Below the pieces are notes generated by a model, which did no database searches, had not been told where the DNA came from, and was given only the letters and a program-made list of their open reading frames with translations. Below are positions 16,734 through 22,695 of a DNA stretch of 22,695 nt, in pieces. Position 1 is the stretch's first letter. Each line of letters starts with the position of its first letter. A program made the position numbers and the translations under genes. The DNA comes from Candidatus Micrarchaeota archaeon (GTDB lineage: Archaea; Micrarchaeota; Micrarchaeia; Anstonellales; Anstonellaceae). Where the stretch lies: the NCBI GenBank assembly GCA_013331805.1, contig DUFS01000020.1:8715-31409 (forward strand), written 5' to 3'.

Positions 16734-17793
16734 ACTTCTTCGGCGGAGGGGGAAGCTCGGCAGAGGCCATCCTTTTCCCTTTCAGATTTGAAAGAATGGA
16801 CCTGATGATTCCTTTTGATTCGGTCCTGCTGCCGCAGGTCCGCTTTCCCAGTATGAGCCTGCGCAGCTTGTCATCGTATTTGTAGCCAAGCTTCACAAGG
16901 CACTCCTGGGTGTCCATCTCATGATAGGACTTGATTTCGGCAAGTATGAGCTGCGCAAGCGCAAAGGAGCCTATTTCCGCAATCTTTCGGGCAAGGGCGT
17001 CCTGGAAGCTCTCGCTTTGCTCAGGCAGGCCGGCATCCAAGTCGAGGACCTTGGAAATGGCCCGGTGGTATTCCCGCGGGTTCCTGTCAAAATAATAGCG
17101 GAGCATCTCGCGGACCGAAGCCAGCCTGATCTGGACCGACTGCCTTGCGTCCTCCTTCAGGATTTCAGGAATCGCCATCTGCCTTGGAGACTGGGGCTTT
17201 GGTTCAGCAGGAGATGCCGGCTCATCCTTCTGATTTTCAATTGCAAGCGCCTGGAGCACTGCCTGAGGCGCGCCCTTGCCCTCTGGGCGCGAAGGCTCGG
17301 GCTTTTCTTTGCCCTCCCAGGCGATGTCCTCTATTGAAAGGAGCAGGACAGCCATAAGGTCATCTGGCTTGTAATTCTGCTCTTTGAGGCGGCTTTCAAA
17401 ACGCTGCATAGCAACCTGCGCCTTTCCCTCACCCCCCCTGGAATAGTCGCTGATCACCATTGAGAGGCCTTCCTGGGCGTGCCGGAATTCGGGAAGGTCG
17501 GACCAGTAAGATGACGAATAAAGCTGCCTGGAAACGCGGGGAGAGCCTGGCTCAAGCCGGCTTGGCTTTTCCAGCATCACTTTGGAGGAGGAATTCTTGG
17601 ATTCGTTTTCCTTGATTGGCGGCTTGAAGGAGCGCGCAAGACCATCGAAAAAACGCTTCCTTTGGGCCTCTGTTGCCTTGAGTAGCGGATTTCCAACGGG
17701 CTCGTAGGTGACGGCTGACACCAGGGGAAGCTCCTTTTCCCCAAACTCGCCCCTTCTTTCCATTTTTGCAAAAGCAGAAGTACCCGCAGGCAT
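16687..17793 (-). CDS. hypothetical protein
   Basis: 368-aa ORF filling the pheT-ftsY gap; TATTTAA about 21 nt upstream; no recognised motif; 47-nt convergent overlap with pheT. Confidence 0.7.
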   Translation of the reverse strand: MPAGTSAFAKMERRGEFGEKELPLVSAVTYEPVGNPLLKATEAQRKRFFDGLARSFKPPIKENESKNSSSKVMLEKPSRLEPGSPRVSRQLYSSSYWSDLPEFRHAQEGLSMVISDYSRGGEGKAQVAMQRFESRLKEQNYKPDDLMAVLLLSIEDIAWEGKEKPEPSRPEGKGAPQAVLQALAIENQKDEPASPAEPKPQSPRQMAIPEILKEDARQSVQIRLASVREMLRYYFDRNPREYHRAISKVLDLDAGLPEQSESFQDALARKIAEIGSFALAQLILAEIKSYHEMDTQECLVKLGYKYDDKLRRLILGKRTCGSRTESKGIIRSILSNLKGKRMASAELPPPPKKSRLLSIRPRKRAAPG

Positions 17794-17830
17794 GATGTGA
17801 ATTCGGTTGCAAGATTAAATAGGCTGCGCC

Positions 17831-19153
17831 TCAAGCCATGATTTCCTCGGCAATCTTGTGCGGGTCGAAAGGCTCAAGGTCCGCGTAATCCTGACCCACG
17901 CCGAGGAAAAGCACGGGCGCGCCTGTTGCCTTTGCGACGGATATTGCTGTCCCGCCCTTTGCGTCGCAGTCTATCTTGGTGAGTATGGCCCCGTCTATCC
18001 CAATGGCTTCGTTAAACCCCTTTATCTGCTCTATTACCGCATTGCCCCCGATAGACTCCCCAATGTATATTTTCAGGTCAGGCTTGGATATGCGCACGAT
18101 TTTCTTGAGCTCCAAAAGGAGGTTGGCATTGGTATCCTGCCTTCCTGCAGAGTCAATAAGCACCACGTCGATGGAGTGAGAGGTTGCGTAATTTATTGCG
18201 TCAAAGGCAACTGACGCCGGGTCTGCCCCGTATTTGCTTTTTATCGCCTTCACGCCCAGCCTTGCCGCGTGCACCTCGGTCTGCTCTATTGCGGCAGCCC
18301 TGAAGGTGTCTGATGCGGAAAATACCACGGTCAAGCCGTTGTCCAGAAGCAGCCGCGCGACCTTTGCCATTGTGGTGGTCTTTCCAGCCCCGTTCGGGCC
18401 CACAAATAGGATTTTGGCGGGCTTTTGCATTCCCTTGACCCTTTCCACGAGCGAGAATTTCCTTTCGCTGTACATGACTGACTCGAGGATGGATGCGATT
18501 TTGCCCCTGGTGCGCTTTTCCACCTCGCCTTTGGGCACCTTGAGCCCGACCAGCTCCTTGCGGAGCTGCTGCACGACTTCAAGCGCAACATCGTACGCGA
18601 CGTCCGACTCAAGAAGGGAAAGCTCCAGCTCCTCAAGAAGGTCTGACACCTCGGATTCCCCTATTGTGATTTCGCTTGAGAATATGGATTTGAGCGTGGT
18701 GCCAATCCCGATTTTGGGAGCCATTTCCTTCCTTTCGTCAGTTGCTTTCCGCTCGAGCCTGGATATGTCGGCTGCCTGGATTTCTGCCTGCTTCTTGTGA
18801 GAAAAAATCCCGGCCACTGATTCGAGAATGGACTTTTTTTGGGACTGAGCTGACTGCTGGGCAGGAAAACCAGGGGGCATTTCCCCGGGTTTTTTTTGAA
18901 CAGGCACATCTTGGGCTTTCTTTTCTGCAGGCTTAGCTTCTGGTTTCCTTTCGGCAGGCACGGCTTTTTCTTCAATTTTTTCTTCAGAAGGCTTAAACGG
19001 CTCAGGGGGCGCAGCTTCAGCTATCTTCGATTCTTGGACCGGCTCGGGCGGCTTTTCTTTTTCCTGCAAGGCTTGCGCTTGGGTTTTTCCCTCTTCCCTG
19101 CTCGTCAGCCCCTTGATGAAGGAGGTGAGCTTATTCTTTAGCAGGCCGAACAT
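17831..19153 (-). CDS. ftsY: signal recognition particle receptor FtsY
   Basis: GPNGAGKTTT, DTFRAAAIEQ, DSAGR, TKIDCDAKGG, GVGQDYADL; long low-complexity N-terminus. Confidence 0.97.
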   Translation of the reverse strand: MFGLLKNKLTSFIKGLTSREEGKTQAQALQEKEKPPEPVQESKIAEAAPPEPFKPSEEKIEEKAVPAERKPEAKPAEKKAQDVPVQKKPGEMPPGFPAQQSAQSQKKSILESVAGIFSHKKQAEIQAADISRLERKATDERKEMAPKIGIGTTLKSIFSSEITIGESEVSDLLEELELSLLESDVAYDVALEVVQQLRKELVGLKVPKGEVEKRTRGKIASILESVMYSERKFSLVERVKGMQKPAKILFVGPNGAGKTTTMAKVARLLLDNGLTVVFSASDTFRAAAIEQTEVHAARLGVKAIKSKYGADPASVAFDAINYATSHSIDVVLIDSAGRQDTNANLLLELKKIVRISKPDLKIYIGESIGGNAVIEQIKGFNEAIGIDGAILTKIDCDAKGGTAISVAKATGAPVLFLGVGQDYADLEPFDPHKIAEEIMA

Positions 19154-19565
19154 TCTTTCCCTCCGCCGCCGCTATGCTGCTGGCGCGCTGGGACAGCTCG
19201 TCTATCGCCCGTATCACTTCGCCCATGTCCTCCTGCGCCGATCCGATGGCGTCGGATATTTTCTTCTGCCTCTCCTCGAGGAGCTTCACAGCTTCCTCGG
19301 GCTTTTTGGAGACCATCACATTGGCGCCGATATTGAGGACGACCCTGTCCGGGTCGGGTTTGGGGCAGGAGATGAACACGCCCGCGCCCACTGGCACCAG
19401 GGCGTCTGCCTTTGCCTTTTTCAGGTTCTGTATGGTGTCGACTGCCGCGCTGATTTCGAGTATGGTGGCTTCCATCTGCTGGATCTGGTTCCTTATGGCC
19501 TCGCCTTTTGCCTGCTGCACCTGCAGGCTGGATGCTATCCTGTCAAGCTCGGAATCATTTGCCAT
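19131..19565 (-). CDS. pfdA: prefoldin alpha subunit
   Basis: Coiled coils flanking LVPVGAGVF...VVLNIGANV; conserved position before ftsY. Confidence 0.93.
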   Translation of the reverse strand: MANDSELDRIASSLQVQQAKGEAIRNQIQQMEATILEISAAVDTIQNLKKAKADALVPVGAGVFISCPKPDPDRVVLNIGANVMVSKKPEEAVKLLEERQKKISDAIGSAQEDMGEVIRAIDELSQRASSIAAAEGKNVRPAKE

Positions 19566-19607
19566 GTGAGCACCCCCTAAACGCGCGGATTTTCTGCCTG
19601 AAAGTCT

Positions 19608-19784
19608 TCAGGCTTTCTCGACAGAACTTATCTTGATGGCTGACCTTTTAATCCCTGCGTTCGAGCCGAAAAGCGACATAACCTTCTCCTTGGCCATTTT
19701 TTCGTTCTCTGCCTCCACCACTTTCTCGAAGGACCTTGCCGACCCTCCTGACCCCGAAATCCCGCTTACCACGAATTTTGCCAT
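19608..19784 (-). CDS. rpl18a: 50S ribosomal protein L18a (LX)
   Basis: FEKVVEAENEKMAKEKVMSLFGSNAGIKRSAIKI; operon position; RBS AGGTGG. Confidence 0.92.
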   Translation of the reverse strand: MAKFVVSGISGSGGSARSFEKVVEAENEKMAKEKVMSLFGSNAGIKRSAIKISSVEKA

Positions 19785-19803
19785 ATGCACCACCTATGAG
19801 AAT

Positions 19804-20130
19804 TTACCTGACCCTCGAGCCGTTTTGCACCTTTTTGTCAGGGGAGAGTATTGACACGGCCCCTGATTCGCCCTCTGCCGCAAGAAGCATGCCCTGCGAG
19901 ATTATGCCGCGAAGGGCACGCGGCGCAAGGTTTGCGACCACCACGATTTGCCTGCCGACCAGTTCCTCGGGCGAGTACTGCTGCGCGACTCCGGCAACCA
20001 GCGTCCTTTTTTCGCTTCCCATGTCAACCGAAAGCTTGTAGAGCTTGTCTGCGCCAGGCACCCTTTCAGCCAGGACCACGGTGCCCACCTGGAGCTCCAG
20101 CTTCATGAATTCGTCGAATGCGATTTCCAT
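19804..20130 (-). CDS. stand-alone tRNA-binding OB-fold protein (Trbp111/CsaA/MetRS C-terminal domain)
   Basis: FDEFMKLELQVG, GADKLYKL, VVANLAPR, SQGMLLAA, NGSRVR. Confidence 0.93.
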   Translation of the reverse strand: MEIAFDEFMKLELQVGTVVLAERVPGADKLYKLSVDMGSEKRTLVAGVAQQYSPEELVGRQIVVVANLAPRALRGIISQGMLLAAEGESGAVSILSPDKKVQNGSRVR

Positions 20131-20145
20131 CCTTCCCAATCCTTC

Positions 20146-20805
20146 CTAAAGGCAAAGTGCGCCCGAAACCCTGCCAATCTCGAACCCTGTGGAGGATTCC
20201 CCGAAAATCGCGGCCTTGGAATTGGCAACCGCGCCGATTGCGACAAACGGTATGCCCGTGTTCAGGGTGCAGTTCTCCCCAGGCACACCAAGTATTGACT
20301 GAAGCTCTTTTAACTCTTCGCCGGTGGCGCGGTTGTGCGCTGCAAAGCCCTTGTTGGTTGCAAGCAGGCAGCTTCCCACGGTATCGTAGCCTGCAATGCC
20401 CCTTGGCACCACTTCCACTCCGAGGCAATCGGATATTCTCTTAAGCGAGCTTTGGGGCATCTTCGGATTGGCAACCGCGCCGAAATCATTGGCTGCTATG
20501 TTGTTGCCTGCCGCAGAGAATTGGGCAGGCGCAAGGCACACGTCGAGCCCGTGCGACTTCAAGAGAGCGACCTCGTCCTTGGTGCAGTTCGGGCTCACCA
20601 CAGCGCCCTTGGAATTCATTGCAAGGAAAATGCCGGAAAGCCCAGATCCCCCGAAAGTGGCTTTCACCACAGGCACCCCTAGCCCCCCCAGGGAAAGCAG
20701 GAATTTTGGGGATGAGGAGATGTCTGCCGTAACCAATTTGTCAGACGCCCTGGAGAATAGGCCGATGTGCGGATTGCCGTAATTGTGGGTCTTTGAATCT
20801 AGCAT
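20146..20805 (-). CDS. eif6: translation initiation factor 6 (aIF6)
   Basis: GNPHIGLF, AGNNIAAND, TVGS, TLNTG, STGFEIGRV; TTG 20811 is an alternative start. Confidence 0.95.
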   Translation of the reverse strand: MLDSKTHNYGNPHIGLFSRASDKLVTADISSSPKFLLSLGGLGVPVVKATFGGSGLSGIFLAMNSKGAVVSPNCTKDEVALLKSHGLDVCLAPAQFSAAGNNIAANDFGAVANPKMPQSSLKRISDCLGVEVVPRGIAGYDTVGSCLLATNKGFAAHNRATGEELKELQSILGVPGENCTLNTGIPFVAIGAVANSKAAIFGESSTGFEIGRVSGALCL

Positions 20806-20811
20806 GGGCAA

Positions 20812-21255
20812 CTACTTCTTTGCAGGCGCGGCCTGTGGCTGAGGGGCGGGCTTTTGGGCAGGGGCTGCGGCTGATGGCTTTTGCGCCTCTTTTTTAGCGG
20901 CTTCCTCTTTTTTCTTGGATTCCTCAGCCTTTTTCTCCTGCTCCTTCTTCGCCTCGTCCACCTTCTTTTTCTTTTCAGCCATTTCTTTTTTCTTTTCCTC
21001 CTCGCCTATGAGCCAGACCTTTGCCATGCCCTTTTCGTCCTTGACAATCCTGACTTTTACCCTGCGCGGGGGCTTTTGTATCCCGTCGCGGAGCACGAGG
21101 CTGTTCAGCCCCTGCGATATTTTCACTTCGTCTGCCTTCATGTGGCGCAGCGCAAAGGCCTTTATGAACGAGATTGCCCGCTTTCCCCGCTTCTGCCTCA
21201 CGATCTCGTAAATGTGGCCCAGCGGTATGGTGTAGATCCTTTCGAGATTAGCCAT
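20812..21255 (-). CDS. rpl31e: 50S ribosomal protein L31e with long charged C-terminal tail
   Basis: ERIYTIPL, KRAISFIKAFALRHMK, GIQKPPRRVKV. Confidence 0.95.
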   Translation of the reverse strand: MANLERIYTIPLGHIYEIVRQKRGKRAISFIKAFALRHMKADEVKISQGLNSLVLRDGIQKPPRRVKVRIVKDEKGMAKVWLIGEEEKKKEMAEKKKKVDEAKKEQEKKAEESKKKEEAAKKEAQKPSAAAPAQKPAPQPQAAPAKK

Positions 21256-21277
21256 GCAAATCTTCCTCCTCCATCAC

Positions 21278-21460
21278 TCAGTTCAACCTGTGCCTCTTCT
21301 GGGAGCGCATTTTCAGCTTCTGTGAGCGCCAGCTTCGCCGCTCTCGGTTCTGCACCACGCGGCGGTTGGTCTTGGCAATCACGAACAGAGGCATTCGCCT
21401 GTTCCTCTTCATCATCTTCCCAAGCGTGGATTTTGTCCTTGTTGTCTTGTTCCTGCTCAT
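21278..21460 (-). CDS. rpl39e: 50S ribosomal protein L39e
   Basis: MSRNK...KRNRRMPLFVIAKT...RRSWRSQKLK; RBS AGGTGA. Confidence 0.95.
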   Translation of the reverse strand: MSRNKTTRTKSTLGKMMKRNRRMPLFVIAKTNRRVVQNRERRSWRSQKLKMRSQKRHRLN

Positions 21461-21475
21461 GAGTTTCACCTGTTG

Positions 21476-21826
21476 TCAGCCTATGTAGGACTGCTGCGCC
21501 TCCTTTTCTCGCTTCTCGTGGCCCTTCCTCTTTTCGTGGACCTCCCTGTAGGTGGCCCACATCTTATCCGCGGAATTGCCGCGCAGAATCTTGACGATTG
21601 TGTTCCTCGGGACAGGGACCGACATTCCCTTTTCCGGCCTGTAGTCCGCAAGCACGATGTCACCCACGCGGATCTTTGGGGCGATCTTGGGCTCGACTGC
21701 CATGGTGAGAACGTTGTCGTCCCACATCTTCATTGTCGCCTGGACGCTGGAATCTGAGGAGAGCACACCTTTTTCCTTGGGCGAAAGGACTGCAATGACT
21801 TTTCCTGGGTGGTACATGGGGATCAC
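21476..21826 (-). CDS. hypothetical protein inside the ribosomal operon
   Basis: 116-aa ORF tightly packed between PDCD5 and L39e; start GTG 21826 or ATG 21817. Confidence 0.8.
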   Translation of the reverse strand: MIPMYHPGKVIAVLSPKEKGVLSSDSSVQATMKMWDDNVLTMAVEPKIAPKIRVGDIVLADYRPEKGMSVPVPRNTIVKILRGNSADKMWATYREVHEKRKGHEKREKEAQQSYIG

Positions 21827-21844
21827 GCTCGCACGAACAACTGA

Positions 21845-22159
21845 TCATTTCCTCCTGAATTCTATGCTGGTTTCCCTCTTTTCGGTCATTTTCCCAAGCA
21901 GCGAGTAGAGCTGCCCGTCCGATATTTTATCCATCCGCTTGCCGGACTGCGCGACATACGCAAGCGACTGGACGACCTTCTCATAAAGCTCCGGGTTGGA
22001 GAGCCGCACATTCATCATGCGCTCGTATGCCGGGTCTGAAAGCATTCTTCTCAGAAGCTCCTTCTTTTTCATCTCCATCTGCAGCTGCTGCATCCTTTGC
22101 TGGTAGAGCCTTTGCCGCGGGTCCTGCGCCTCTTCCCCGCCCTCGTCCTCAGGAGCCAT
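21845..22159 (-). CDS. PDCD5-like DNA-binding protein
   Basis: LLRRMLSDPAYERMMNVRLSNPE, ISDGQLYSLL, IEFRRK; conserved position after S19e. Confidence 0.92.
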   Translation of the reverse strand: MAPEDEGGEEAQDPRQRLYQQRMQQLQMEMKKKELLRRMLSDPAYERMMNVRLSNPELYEKVVQSLAYVAQSGKRMDKISDGQLYSLLGKMTEKRETSIEFRRK

Positions 22160-22170
22160 TTCACTCCCCC

Positions 22171-22581
22171 CTAGGAGGCAACCTCCTTTGCTGCTGCATC
22201 AAGGAGCTTCTTTCCTGCGGCCGAAATCTCCCTCCCCTTCTTCTTCTTGACCATGAGGCCCGCTGCTTCGAGCGCCTGGAGCCCCTTGCGTATGATTGAG
22301 CCGCCTGCCTTGCGCTTTTCCTCGGGCTTCACCCCCCGGATTTTCTTGCCTCCGAAGTGGGTGCGAAGCTTGCCCACGCCGACGTTTCCGTGGACGTATG
22401 CGTTCCGCAGCAGGGCTGCCAGCCTCACATACCAGAAGTCCTTTTGCTGGGGGAGCCTGGAGCGGTTGGGGCCTGACTTCACCGTGCCTATGAACAGAGG
22501 CTGCGCTATGCCAAGGTTTTTCAGCTTCTCGGCAACCTTCTTCACCAGCTTATTAGGGGTCACGTCGTAGACTGTCACCAT
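22171..22581 (-). CDS. rps19e: 30S ribosomal protein S19e
   Basis: MVTVYDV, DFWYVRLAALLR, GVGKLRTHFGG, GGSIIRKGLQALEAAG; RBS GAGGTG. Confidence 0.97.
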   Translation of the reverse strand: MVTVYDVTPNKLVKKVAEKLKNLGIAQPLFIGTVKSGPNRSRLPQQKDFWYVRLAALLRNAYVHGNVGVGKLRTHFGGKKIRGVKPEEKRKAGGSIIRKGLQALEAAGLMVKKKKGREISAAGKKLLDAAAKEVAS

Positions 22582-22665
22582 CAGAACACCTCATGTAGGA
22601 GTATATTTATTCATGAACGGAATCTGAAATTCGAGAATCCGGCTTCGTCTAATAAGCCGACAAGG

Positions 22666-22676
22666 GTATTTAAAAC
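22666..22676. promoter_or_regulatory. TATA-like element (TATTTAAAAC) upstream of the S19e operon; could serve either strand
   Basis: Reads TTTTAAATA on minus and TATTTAAAA on plus. Confidence 0.45.
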
Positions 22677-22695
22677 TATGGTCAGGGAAGGGTTG

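Noticed and set aside
18833..18897. T8 and T9 homopolymers in ftsY as phase-variation or frameshift sites
   Set aside because: They encode Gln-Lys-Lys in a low-complexity linker, and the frame is intact
20870..21005. Repetitive CTT/TTC-rich DNA as a tandem repeat
   Set aside because: It simply encodes the Lys/Glu-rich L31e tail, with no fixed repeat unit

Overview
Archaeal genomic DNA. Gene content and style (short ribosomal proteins, leaderless TATA promoters, a Cys-rich DPANN/CPR-type orphan) suggest a DPANN lineage such as Micrarchaeota, which is inference only. The window opens with a solo tnpB element of the IS200/IS605 superfamily (IS1341-like) with an intact RuvC triad and a recognisable omega-RNA/right end finishing in TCAC at 1214. 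Housekeeping and metabolic genes follow: Nudix, HAD, cobO-like, AmmeMemoRadiSam radical SAM, purD, SDR threonine dehydrogenase, DUF350, purM, pcm, kae1, CPBP protease, S27ae, S24e and aIF5A. Next is an accessory-looking three-gene block (59-aa YHS-like ORF, tandem double Lrp/AsnC regulator, internally duplicated Cys-rich 526-aa orphan), then pheT, an orphan, and the conserved S19e-PDCD5-X-L39e-L31e-aIF6-(Trbp)-L18a-prefoldin-ftsY operon. The most striking observation is that removing the tnpB element in silico (TTTAA|...TCAC|) rebuilds a typical promoter for the Nudix gene (TATA + 25 nt + ATG). The element therefore appears to use the host TATA box both as its target motif (TAM) and as its own promoter, and it has almost no left end.
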